Of a DNA stretch of 64,000 bases, positions 51,031 through 63,520 are shown one piece after another. The notes beneath the pieces were generated by a model that did no database searches, was not told the origin of the DNA, and saw nothing but the letters and a program-made list of their open reading frames with translations. The translations under genes were made by a program, and so were the position numbers. Numbering within the stretch: position 1 is the first letter of the stretch; every line of letters begins with the position of its first letter. Source of the stretch: Octopus bimaculoides. Its lineage: Eukaryota. The stretch lies in contig NC_068992.1 of assembly GCF_001194135.2 (NCBI RefSeq), forward strand, positions 51,757,282 to 51,821,281, in the 5' to 3' direction.

Positions 51031-53059
51031 TAAGTGAAGGTACATGGCTCAGTGGTTAGAGTGTCAGGCACACAATTATGAAGTCGTGGGTTCAATTGCC
51101 GGACCAGCAAGATTCTTTATTTCATGTTGTTCCAGTTCACTCAGCTGTAGAAATGAGTTGTGATGCCAATGGTGCAAAGCTGTTTTGGTCTTTTCCTTTC
51201 TCTTGGAAGACATCAGTGGCATGGAGAGGAGAGAGTGGTATGCATAGGCAACTGCTGGTCTTCCATAAGCAACCTTGCCCAGACTTGTGCATCAGAGGGG
51301 AACTTTCTAGGTGCAATCCTATGGTCATTCATGACTGTAAGGGCTCTTTACCTTTTTTCTACTTAATAAACTATCTGAGGCTTTACGGGATAAACAATTT
51401 TTTTTAAGAAAACAGAAAACCACAGACATTCACAATAAAGGAAATACCATTGGTTAATAAAGTTGTCTGAGAATGATTGACAGCTATTCTGAAGTTTTAT
51501 ACAAATACAAAGGAAAGTGATTAGGTAGTGTGTACATACATACATACATACACACATACATATATGTATATGTGTAAGCGTGTATATATACATACATATA
51601 TACTATATACATGCATGAATACATACATTTATGTATACATAGGTACATACATATATATATATATATATATATACATACATTTGTGAATACATGCATGCAT
51701 ACATATATGTATACATACATATATACTTACACATATATACTCAGATATATTATATTCATACATATATACACCCACATCCAAGCACACACATTATACATAT
51801 AGAGAGATTCCAAGTTTTATAAGTAAACAAATTTTATAAAAGAAAATATTTAGTTAAAAAAATAAAGAACTTTATATCAAGACTCACATACAGATAAATA
51901 ATAGATAGTTTTAGAAAAAGAAATGTTTCCATATTAGGAAAAATAAAAAATAAAACAAAAAGACACAGACAAGTACAGACTGGAATATTTTAACATTTTT
52001 AAATATGAATATTTGTTTGTAGAAAAAAATTAAAACACGTTTTTTTTTTAATTTTCTAAACTTCTTTTCATTTAATGTCACATATTTCTGTTCCTGACAT
52101 GTTAATTTTAAGTTAAAGAATGTAAAATGACAAAGCAGATAATAACGTGAAGATATTTCATAAAAACAGGCGAAGTATATGTAACGTAATTGTAATGTTT
52201 AGTATTTGAAACTTTTTTTTTTTATATAAAATATCTGTTGCTCTGCAGGTTTTTTGTTTTTGTATGTGAAAGAAGTATGGCTCTTTTAAGACCATTTATA
52301 TATAAAATGACAAAATAAAGATAACAGAAAATAATTTTTTTCAGTTCCATCTTGTGCAAACAAACGTAATTTTTTTTTTTTAATGAAATAGATTTAAATT
52401 ACAGTGTTAAAATATTCTTACATATAATCTTGAAAACAGTCCAAGAAAAAAAGAGAAAAATATATCTCTGAGAACTTTTCTATCAGTTAAGATCTTGTAA
52501 TTCCTTGATAATACAGTAAGCTGTCAAAATGCACTATTTATGGTTAAGCATACTAACAAAAATGGTTTTTTATCTAAAACTGGAAAAAAAAAGAAAGAAA
52601 AGCAGAATAAATAAGAGGAAAAGGTAAATTACTTCTTACAAAGAAAGAGATTATTATCAGACATAGAATCTTTATCTTTGTACAAGTGAATGTTAATCAA
52701 TGCTAATAGAAAACTTATAACAACTAAACAATATACTTTCACTTTCACTTTCTTCTGGTTTTATATTTCTGGATATTTATATTCCAATATTTTACACAAG
52801 TGTAAATAAAGACACTGAGATACTCAAAGTTGGCTCAATAGCATTATAGCTCTTAATTAACTTAAAATAACATTATGGGAACAGCATGACATAACCAATA
52901 GCAGAATATTTCATTAGAGTTCTTAATTATCAATCTTATTGAAACACTGAATGTGGAGGTATTACTTATTCTAATCTACATATACCTAATATCATTACTG
53001 TGGTGGCCTTTCATAATAATTGACTTATTTCACCACAGGATAGTCTCCATTTTGAAATG

Positions 53060-53159
53060 AAATACTATACTATACTATACTATACTATACTATACTATAA
53101 TAATAATAATACTAGTGAGGATGATGATGATGATGATGACGATGATGATGCTGATGATG

Positions 53160-53248
<89 letters not shown>

Positions 53249-53280
53249 AAGAAGAAGATGAAGAAGAAGAAGAAGAATTA
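53060..53280. repeat. Compound microsatellite (TACTA)n-(GAT)n-(AAT)n-(GAA)n
   Basis: Directly visible; explains the poly-D/N/K ORF. Confidence 0.95.
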
Positions 53281-53688
53281 CAACAATGGTAATTCTTCTT
53301 TCTTTCTTTTTCCACTCATTAGTTTTGAAATGATTTTGCCTGATTAAGAAAATTAATTCCAGTCTTTTCAGTTTTCAAAAACAAAATGTTCATTTGATGT
53401 CTTTCATAAGTCTGCAAGAAAAACAGGTAAAGTTATAATCAGTTGTGAGTTTATTCAGATATAAGTTTTGAAGAATTCTTAATACTAGGTGTTGTTGTTG
53501 TTGTTGTTGTTGTTGTTGCTGTGGCTGTTGTTATTGTTGTCAAGTATTACATTGTCTGAGAAGTGAAGAATAGTGACACCCATGGAATTTTACAGCCGTT
53601 CTTTGACACGTAGAAACCATACAATTGAAGATAGCTTTGAATTCATGCAAATCAGTGCCATGAAAACACCATTCTCATCCTCTTCCTC

Positions 53689-53748
<60 letters not shown>

Positions 53749-53805
53749 ACAACAACAGTAGCAGCAACTTTTGATGTCCACTTTGTGCATATGTGGCTCA
53801 AACAG

Positions 53806-53873
53806 AATTGGTTGTAGCAGATTTCTGTCACCAGCTCAGAAACGTTTTTGAACAAGCTAATATTTCCCCAGAG
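53806..53873 (+). CDS. Candidate exon (E)LVVADFCHQLRNVFEQANISPE
   Basis: Strong donor CAGAG|GTAAGA, one open frame, protein-like composition; acceptor weak (53806, 53818 or 53821). Confidence 0.35.
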
Positions 53874-53931
53874 GTAAGAAAGAAATTTCACAAAAACTGA
53901 AAACAAACAACCTTGCTTGGTACATGATGAC

Positions 53932-53962
<31 letters not shown>

Positions 53963-54905
53963 GCAAAAAAATAGATAAAATATGCACCAGACTTTAAAAA
54001 GTGCTGGTGTCAAATTGTTCAAGTAGCAAATCTGCATGGCAGTAGTGCTCCAGTATGACCACAATCTAAAGACCAAGACAAGTGAAAGAAATATTCATAT
54101 ATTCATATAAATACATATATAAATGAAAGGCTTATTTCAGTTTCTGACTACAATATACATTCAAAAGAGTTTGTTCAACCTAGAGCTACAGTGAAAGACA
54201 CTTGTCCTAGGTGCCATGCTGTAGAACTGAACCAGAAGCTGCATGGTTGCGAAGCAAGCTTCTTAACCTCACAATATACCTTCACAATGCGAATATGTGT
54301 TGGAATGAAATTCTAGAAAGTTTCAATTCTAAGGAAAAATGGTTGAAGAGTTAAAGTAAATTAATATAACAAATCGAGTAAGGTATCTGTCTTTTGGTTT
54401 ATGGATCATATTTAAATGTCTTAACATTTGAAATTTAACAATGCATTATCAAATTCTTCTTAAAACTATGTCGTTCACTTAGTTGTCTACGTAGTCTCAA
54501 GGAATGGCTGATGCTGCAGATTAACATGAAGAGGCCTTAAAAGGATTTACAACTCTAAATTAAGATTCTAAAAAGCAATGGTGCTGATACCACATAAAAA
54601 ACACTGGCAGTCATTTCAACTTCGGATAGGATGGTATTCTATATTTGTTCCAAATCTTTATGCTTTGAGTTCAAATCCTGCCTAGGTCAACTTCACCTTA
54701 CATTTTTTTCATGTATGATGAAAATATATAATTCAAAGTGATGGACTTCTAACACTTTTTGCAGGTTGTTCAAGATGCTTTGTATCTGTTTCAGACCTTT
54801 GTGTTCTGACAGCAAAACCTGCAATACTATTGCCTAATTTCATAAGCCTAAATAAGATACCTTTACCTTGGATAAACATCAGAGATGCATAAAAGAGAGA
54901 CTTAC

Positions 54906-54962
54906 ATACGTGGGCAACTGCTTGTTATCCTCAAAAATTAAAAGCCAAAATAGCGCCCAGAT
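54906..54962 (-). CDS. Candidate exon IWALFWLLIFEDNKQLPTY
   Basis: ...TATGTGTAG| acceptor after a T-rich tract, |GTAAGT donor, only one open frame, phase 0-0. Confidence 0.3.
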
Positions 54963-56454
54963 CTACACATATATGTACAAATACAAAGAAAACATTGATT
55001 GATAGAGACCTTAGATAAGATAGTCGTGTTCCTGTGTCATTTTAGCACATTTTTGTTTGTTTTCTTTTAAGGTTAGAACAGGTGTAAAATATAATTTCAT
55101 CAAAGAAGAACAATGTATGTTTTGTCTAATGTGAGACCTGTTTAAGCTGTATAGGTTTCCATATTTTTCAGGTTTAATATCTTGGTAGATAATCTTCTGC
55201 TAAGTAAATATGCTCAGTTTATCTATAATACATGACTGTGTGCTATGTTGTTTTTTATGACTTCGATGAGAAAACGAATTTTGCAAATTTTATATTTAGT
55301 GTCATAAATAGAACTGGAATTAATGCGAATCATTGCGGGACATTAAGGAACTCTTGTTTCATTTTACCATTTTTTAAAGAAGAAACAAATGTGAAGGTCT
55401 TTGTAAATTAAATTTATATGCCATGTCCATAAGTGATTTATTGTAACATGTTTCACTTACAATCACGATGGGTTTAAAAAAAAAAAAAAATGAAATTTCT
55501 CTACTCGAGTTGAAATAAAAACACATTAATCTCCCTTTAGAAGGGATTATAAAACTATAAATTTTCTATGCGATGCTATTACATCACTTTCATGAGCGAA
55601 TGCAGGTTTTCAAATCATAACTCAATCAATGGAACCCATATAATATATGGTCTGCTATAAATAAGATGTTTTCACAGGAACATGTTGAGCGAATTGAAAA
55701 AATAAAGAGAAAAAAAAATCCCAACAATACTGAGGAATGTTATTCACACAGGCTTGACGAAATTATATGGAACGGACTATAGCCATCATAACTCTATTTT
55801 CCTCGCTGTGCTTACAGATACACCAGTGGGTGTTGTTCTATTCTTCGTGAAGAATGACATATTGTAAATTGCTGTGGAATTTACAATGCTTATTCAAACC
55901 GTTTTTCGAATATGTATTTATAACACAAAATATGATTTCTAGCCATTGGGGTGCACAGAAGCAAGATAAAGGGGAATATGTCGAGTAGTGATGAATCATC
56001 TAAATCATGCTAACATGGAATAGGAAATCTACCACCACCACAACAACCACCACCGCCACTACTATTACTTCTATTATTATTATTATCATCATTATCATTA
56101 TTAAGGTGGTAAGATGGCAGAATTGTTAGCATGCTGGATGAAATGCTTAGTAGTGCTTTATCTGTTGCTAGGTTCTAAGTTCAAATTCCACCAAGGTCGA
56201 TTTTGCCTTTCACCCTTCCGGGGTTGATAAATTAAGTACCAGCTTAGTACTGCAGGGGCGATGTAATCAACCAGTCCCCAGCCCCCGAATTTCAGGCTTT
56301 GTGTCTTTAGTAGAAAGGATTATTATTATTATTATCATTATTACTTTTAAACCAGTGAGCTGTCAGAATCTTTAGCACAATCCCCTCCCCTCAAATTTCA
56401 GGCTTTATGCCTATAGTAGAAGAGATGATTATTATTATTTCATTATAAATTTAT

Positions 56455-56690
56455 TTCAGCTGCCTTTGTATCAGGTATCCTCCAGAGGCCAAGAGGAGCC
56501 TATTTGGATCTCGTTGGTTTTTCTGATTGTCAGTTTCTAAATCAGGAGAAACAATGTTAGGTCTGTCAGTATTTGGGCATTTTTCATCATTCTTATAGTA
56601 ACTTGTAGGCCAAACAACTTTTTAAATTTCTTACTAAGCTTGCTTGAAATCTTCATGCTTCATGGCTTTTCTTGTCATCGTTTTATCATG
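56455..56690 (-). pseudogene. Penelope-like reverse transcriptase C-terminal relic
   Basis: KKFKKLFGLQVTIRMMKNAQILTDLTLFL resembles PLE RT ...F...GLKITIE.N...V.FLDVTL; heavily decayed. Confidence 0.4.
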
Positions 56691-56879
56691 ATCCAAATGG
56701 AAATAACAGATATTGTTATTCATTTCTACCCTAGGCACAAGGCTCAAAATTTTTGGGGAGGGGGGCAATCAATTAGATCAACTCCAGTATGCAACTGGTA
56801 CTTAATTTATCGACCCTGAATTTGAACTCAGAACATATATACCGCTAAGGCTTATTATATATTCAGCCAACTTTCAAAT

Positions 56880-57330
56880 GGAAATAACAGATACTGTTAT
56901 TACAAAGAAATACCTTATTAAAATACTTCTTTATTAACGATTTAACAGTAGCATTGCCTTGTCTTAGTGTTAAGAAATATTTTATACTCTATGACACTCC
57001 TCTGATATTAGCATGTTAACAAAAATAATATCATTAGTATGAAAAATACTTTATATTTTATGACACTGATCTTAGCAATTTAACAGAGGAGATACATATT
57101 GTTGCTGTATGGGAATTCTTCATATACTTTATGTCATTATTGTGTTAGTAACAATTTCACTGAAGTAATAGATAATAATGTAAGTGAAAAAATACTTTCT
57201 ATTTTGTGACTGCTTTGATATTAACAATTTAACAGAATTAATAGATATTGTTAGTAGGAAGAAATTCTTTATATTTTGTGACACTCTTTTGTTATTAACA
57301 ATTTAAGGCAAGTAATGGTTATTGTGAATG
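56880..57330. repeat. Degenerate ~60-65 bp tandem repeat
   Basis: Recurring TTTATATTTTGTGACAC...TTAACAATTTAACAGA...ATATTGTTAG units, about 7 copies. Confidence 0.65.
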
Positions 57331-57686
57331 TGTAGAAACACATACATCATTTTCCTTTGTTGTCAAGAAATACTGTTAAATAATTTTTGAGAATATAACA
57401 ACCATAGAAGATGAATGGCTGCTGCAGTTGTTAAATCTTTATTAAGCAGTTATACGATCAAAGCTTTTCCAGTTATCTCCCTTTTGCCTTTCTTCCTAAT
57501 TTTTTTTGGTTATTAATGATTTAATCAGCACCTATGACACTTTACAAGGCATCCCAGAGTCATCAGAGAGAAAGAGAGAGTAGAAGTTATTCTCAGTTTT
57601 GGAGACTTTATTTGAATACTTTCAAAAGAAGGAACTTGGATAATAGTTTTCGCATATGGACTCTGTTGGTCTCTTAATCAGGTGTA

Positions 57687-57914
57687 TTGGGTTGTCCGGA
57701 AAGTTCGTGCCGATTTTTAAAGGAAAGAAAATGGTCAATAAATATTTGCCATTACATTTTTAATCAACCAAATATGAAGCATTTTGTTGCACAATGCATC
57801 TCCATCTTTCCTTTAACTTGAAAATACCCTCTTCCCAGAATTGAGGTGGTTTCATGGCAAATAAATCGAAAGGTAGGCTACTATAAATCGGCACAAACTT
57901 TCTGGACAACCCAA
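57687..57914 (-). mobile_element. Mariner-derived MITE with both TIRs and TA duplication
   Basis: TA|TTGGGTTGTCCGGAAAGTTCGTGCCGATTT ... AAATCGGCACAAACTTTCTGGACAACCCAA|TA; the minus-strand interior encodes FWEEGIFKLKERWRCIVQQNASYLVD* (mariner C-terminus). Confidence 0.9.
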
Positions 57915-58482
57915 TAGATTAACTCAACAATTCAAGAATGCATGTAGCATTGGTGTGTGTGTGTGTGTGTGTGTATGCAGGTGACATGTATATGGTACAC
58001 ATGCTAGTGACACGTAAAAGGCACCAAGTACACTCTGTGTAGTGGTTGGCCTCAGGAAGGGTATCCAGCCATAGAAACCAAGCCTGGTGCAGGTCTCCAG
58101 TTTGCCCTTTTCAGTCAAACTGTTTAACCCACGCCAAGATGGAGAATGGATGCTTAATGATGATGATGACGACAGTGGTGGTAGTGATGATGATGATAAT
58201 GTTGATGATCATGACAATCATGTTTGACAATGTGTATGTATGTATACACTCACACACACACACACACACACACACATACAAATATATATATGTTTGTGCA
58301 TATGCATATAAGTATGGTATCTTTTGACATATAAATTGACGTAGAGTAAACATACACGCCTCATCACTATTTTTCCAAGCCATGCTGTATTTCACATGTC
58401 ATTTATTTTTTCAAAAAATTCAACTCGCATGCTGGAAAATATATTATACATGCATGAACATTCACAGACAGATATATATGTA

Positions 58483-59548
58483 TCTATATATATAAAAATG
58501 AGAATGTGTGTCTGTCTGTCTGTCTGTCTGTGTGAATCCCTAAAACTCGAGAACTACGCAACCAATTTCATTCAAATTTTACAGATGCCTTACTTAGGGT
58601 TCCAGTTGTGTTTTAGTCAAAACAAATTTTAACTTCTTGCAGAGTTCGAGCCCACAGCAACATAATATCTCCTCCACTATTTAAGTATTACGTGTCAAAA
58701 GTGAAACAAAAACACTCATGTCAAATACTTTCACTTTAAAAATGAAACTATTCTACTAANNNNNNNNNNNNNNNNNNNNNNNNNNNNNNNNNNNNNNNNN
58801 NNNNNNNNNNNNNNNNNNNNNNNNNNNNNNNNNNNNNNNNNNNNNNNNNNNNNNNNNNNNNNNNNNNNNNNNNNNNNNNNNNNNNNNNNNNNNNNNNNNN
58901 NNNNNNNNNNNNNNNNNNNNNNNNNNNNNNNNNNNNNNNNNNNNNNNNNNNNNNNNNNNNNNNNNNNNNNNNNNNNNNNNNNNNNNNNNNNNNNNNNNNN
59001 NNNNNNNNNNNNNNNNNNNNNNNNNNNNNNNNNNNNNNNNNNNNNNNNNNNNNNNNNNNNNNNNNNNNNNNNNNNNNNNNNNNNNNNNNNNNNNNNNNNN
59101 NNNNNNNNNNNNNNNNNNNNNNNNNNNNNNNNNNNNNNNNNNNNNNNNNNNNNNNNNNNNNNGTAAGACTACCCTTTCAGATATACTTTCATTGTGATTT
59201 CTGCAATGTGGTGCATAAATTGTCAAGTAAATGAGATGCATCTTTGCCTCCACTGATTCACTTGCAAAGTGTTGAGTAAAATTATTTCATTGCAGACATC
59301 CTTTGGGTCTTTTTATTATCACTACGACACACATAGTCCCCAGTTGGTAACATTGATTTCAAGGCCCTCCTAGATGAGAGACTGGCATTCCACTTAATGT
59401 CTATGTTCCATGCTGGCATGGATTGGAGAGTTATTAATGTAGAAATATGGTATCGTAGCTACTAACAGTTGAGGGTTGTGCAGTCTAGACAGCGTTTTTA
59501 GATTTCATTATTCTCTTTAACCCGGGCAAAGCCGGGTATTTCTGCTAG
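58483..59548 (+). mobile_element. Non-autonomous Helitron (contains N gap 58760-59162)
   Basis: A|TCTATATATATAAAAATGAG 5' end with a (TGTC)n tract; 3' hairpin CCCGG-GCAAAG-CCGGG then CTAG|T, consistent with insertion in an AT dinucleotide. That the two ends belong to one element across the gap is inferred. Confidence 0.75.
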
Positions 59549-60441
59549 TATAATATAATTAAGATTCAGCTAAATTAAGTACTTAAATTGATTTGTAAAC
59601 TTTAGAATTAAATTAGGTACTTAAATTGATCTAAAACTTTTAATAATTACAATATATATTTACTCCTTCCCAATGGTGAATCTCGTCTATCACGGTTGAT
59701 ATATAATATACCTATTTTTTAATAGATTCTTAAAATTCGCACCTCCCCTAAATACATACCCTCTAAAATCTGTTACTATTCTACCTCGATCATTTTCTTT
59801 GATGTACTTTAGATATATTTTATAAACCCATTTCCAGAGGGAATTTTGTCTCTATTAAAACTTGGTATACTGATATTTTATTTTTTATCTTGTATTAATA
59901 ATAATATTCTGGCTATAACCTTTTCTATATACCAATACCATTATAAATAAATCTTTTTATTTTATTTCATATCATATCCTTCCTTGTATCTTTTTGTACC
60001 TTTTTATATCATCCTTTTATATGTTCATATAAAAAAAAAAAATTATATTTTATAAATTTTTCTATATTTTATATTTTTGTATTTTATGCCATTATATATA
60101 TTTTGTATATTTTTCATGATTTTTATAGTTTTTGCTATAATATATATTTTTTAATTACACATTGTATCTTAAAAATCTTATATTTTATTTTTTATATTTT
60201 ATGCTTTTATATATTTTTATAGTTTTTATAACTTATAAATTTGTGACAATTTATACTTTTTTTAATAAAATTCACTGTATACTGTAATCTTATTTTATTT
60301 TATATTCTTTAGTCACATGATATTCATTATGAGACTATAGGACTAGATTTAATTAAATCTTGTATCTGAATGTACTCCTTTATATATTTAGGGTTTTATA
60401 TATAAGGGTTTTTCTATTATTATTATTATTATTATTATTAT

Positions 60442-60673
60442 TGAGTGAGAGAGCAGTGCATGCCATCAAAGTGACACTGGGGTAAAATATACGAAGCCCA
60501 TTATACCNNNNNNNNNNACTGGGGTAAAATATACGAAGCCCATTATACCCATCATGACTACCCGTCTGATAAGGGTACACCAGGCACATGCATCACAACC
60601 ATATGTGCACGACCTGGTGATCTCATATCAAGATTAAAAGTGCATGACCTCGCAGGTGGGGCCCAGTTAGAAC

Positions 60674-60706
<33 letters not shown>

Positions 60707-60970
60707 CTACTACTAACACTATTATTATTACTACTACTAGTACTACTACTATTTTCATCATCATTATTATTATTATTATTATTGAGTGAGAGCAGTGCAT
60801 GCCATCAAAGTGACACTGGGGTAAAATATACGAAGCCCATTATACCCATCATGACTACCCGTCTGATAAGGGTACACCAGGCACATGCATCACATCCATA
60901 TGTGCACGACCTGGTGATCTCATATCAAGATTAAAAGTGCATGATCTCGCAGGTGGGGCCCAGTTAGAAC
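60442..60970 (-). mobile_element. Two tandem 3' fragments of the R4/Dong-associated element
   Basis: About 190-bp near-identical copies (60442-60673 with a 10-N gap, 60783-60971), each embedded in ATT/ACT triplets. Confidence 0.7.
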
Positions 60971-61395
60971 TTATTATTATTATTATTATTATCACTACTA
61001 CTAACACTATTATTATTACTACTACTAGTATTACTACTATTATCGTCATCATTAATATTATTATTATTATTACTATATAATAGCTTGTTACCTGTCACTA
61101 TGCTGCCAGCAAAACTATTTGTTGATTATGTATGTACCTTCACAAATTGTTCAAATAACGTTTAGATTGACTTTTTGAGTGGAGATTAACAACAGCTTGA
61201 ATACTGTTGTTGAACAATAAACATTTATCTAAACTACAGTTTTTTTTTCTTTTTTCATGAAACAAATCTTAATTCTATCTTTCACACACATTATTTCTCT
61301 CTCACTGTATTTCTTTCTCCTCAAGAACAATAAACAAACTGTCTTTTTAGTGAAAGTGTTTTTTAAGTCTGTGTTACATTGTCTATAAGATGAAA

Positions 61396-61432
<37 letters not shown>

Positions 61433-61982
61433 ACACAGACACACACAAAGAAAACCAAAAACATAACTATGTGCACTATATATGTTTGATGGAGAAATGT
61501 CATGGCCTTGTATGGTATAGCTAGTTAAAAGTTGATTGTTATAGATTGAAAGTCTTTTTCTGTATTCAGTGATGCAGTGAGATGATAGACCTGCACTTAA
61601 AATTTCTACGTTTTTAATCAAAACTTATTAGTTACAAGCGTGACAACACTACCTATCTATCTATCTATTTATCTATCTATGTTTCACACACACTCTCCTT
61701 CTCTCACTGTATTTCTCTCTCAGTAACAGCTTTTTCTCCTCACCTTCTTCCTTCCTTCTACACATATATCGTAACAGAGGTTATCTTCCCTTTTTATTCC
61801 TCCTCTTCTTTCATACATAAAAAGGTAATACATGTTTGCATGTATGCATATATTCAGTTTCTCTCTTCAAAATCAATTAACAAGATTTTGGTCAATCTGG
61901 GGCTATAGTTGAAGACACTTGCTTAAGTTGCCATGCAGTGGGACAGAAACCCACATAACCATACCTACATGTGCGTGCGCAT

Positions 61983-62031
<49 letters not shown>

Positions 62032-62431
62032 AGTAGTATTGTTATTTAGCCATTATAAAGCAAACCTATAACCGAAGGGATTTCAAATGTAACTAATCTA
62101 TCTTTAATTTTTATATGCAGTGTATCTAAATCTACAGACTCTAACAGATTTTTAGACAATAGGATGTATGAATACAATTTGACCCGTCAATTCAATTTAA
62201 CCTCCAGTCAAGTAACTACCAAATAAGAAAATCCTAAACAAAGAAATTGTTTAGTTAAAAAGAACCACAAACAAAAGATGGAAGTTATTCAAACTTTGCT
62301 AAATACCATTCTAGAAAATCTTTGTGTGTGTGAGTGTGTGTGTGAGTGTATGTGTGTTTGTGTGTGTTTCCTGTGTGCTCTATATTTCTTTTTCTTTCTC
62401 TTTTCAACTATCTAATGTTATATATTTACAG

Positions 62432-62470
62432 AAATCAGATAAGTTTTTCTCAGACAAAACTGTCAGCTAA
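62432..62470 (+). CDS. Candidate 39-nt exon NQISFSQTKLSA
   Basis: TATATTTACAG| acceptor, AA|GTAAAT donor, phase 2-2, compatible with 62921. Confidence 0.3.
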   Translation, partial: KSDKFFSDKTVS

Positions 62471-62920
62471 GTAAATAGAGAGAAGACTGGAGTGAGACAA
62501 AGCCATATGCATTCATCCAACCCATGCTTATGTAGGAAAACAGATGTAAAATAAACACGTAAATGAACAAATATACATATCTGTAGACACCTGTATGTGT
62601 CACGTATCCACCATAATGTGATGTCTATCTAATATTTAACTCAATAAAACTAATGCCATAATTTTTCTCATGAATTGTGGCTAAAAACCAAATAAAAGTT
62701 TCCATCTTGCTCCAGTTAAATAAAAGACCTTTAAAACACTTAACATGAAATGAAATAGCAACAGAAGCAGTAAAACTAGACCAAGTTGTATGCCAGACAG
62801 TGGGAAAACCTTAAAATACTGGGGCTGCAAATGGAAATACAATCAATATGCTGCAGGGGAACAAATACAGGACTGACTGCCTTTCTTGTCACAAACTCTG
62901 ATCTGTTTTATTTTTGTAAG

Positions 62921-63034
62921 GAATGAATCTTTTATCCCATGTGAGATCGAAGGCATGAAGGAAGTGGAGGATTTCTTGACCAGAGAACGGACAACAGCAA
63001 CAAAACCCGTACATCACAACTTTCAGAGACATGA
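62921..63034 (+). CDS. Likely coding exon of an unidentified gene: NESFIPCEIEGMKEVEDFLTRERTTATKPVHHNFQRH
   Basis: Strong acceptor CTGTTTTATTTTTGTAAG|, donor GA|GTAAGA, 114 nt (phase 2-2), the other two frames closed, GC-richer than flanks. If unspliced it would end ...RHE*. Confidence 0.55.
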
Positions 63035-63058
63035 GTAAGACGTCAACAAACGGGCATG

Positions 63059-63100
<42 letters not shown>

Positions 63101-63174
63101 CACATCTATATGAGAGCTTGTTTTGGGGCTGTTCCTGTGCTCGTACTCTTTCCCCTGAGGAAGAATACATTTCT

Positions 63175-63520
63175 TTCCATAGCATGTAAAATACACCATT
63201 TCAAGCATGGCCGTTGCCAGTAAGACATCCGAGCGAGATCATTGCCAGTGCCACTGGACTGGCTCCTGTGCAGATGGCACATAAAATACACCATTTCGAG
63301 CATGGATGTTGCCAGTACCTCCTGACTGGCCTTCGTGCCGGTGGCACGTAAAAACACCCACTACACTCTCGGAGTAGTTGTCATTAGGAAGGGCATCCAG
63401 CTGTAGAAACTCTGCCAGATCAGATTGGAGCCTGGTGTAGCCATCTGGTCCACCAGTCCTCAGTCAAATCGTCCAACCCATGCTAGCATGGAAAGCGGAC
63501 GTCAAACAATGATGATGATG
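63175..63520 (+). mobile_element. (GAT)n-tailed SINE with internal subrepeats
   Basis: Homologous to 29745-30040. Confidence 0.85.

Noticed and set aside
56880-57330. CRISPR-like array
   Set aside because: The context is eukaryotic, the units are degenerate tandem copies without unique spacers, and there are no cas genes.
59560-60400. Mitochondrial control-region NUMT
   Set aside because: No flanking mitochondrial gene, tRNA or rRNA sequence was recognisable; AT richness alone is insufficient.
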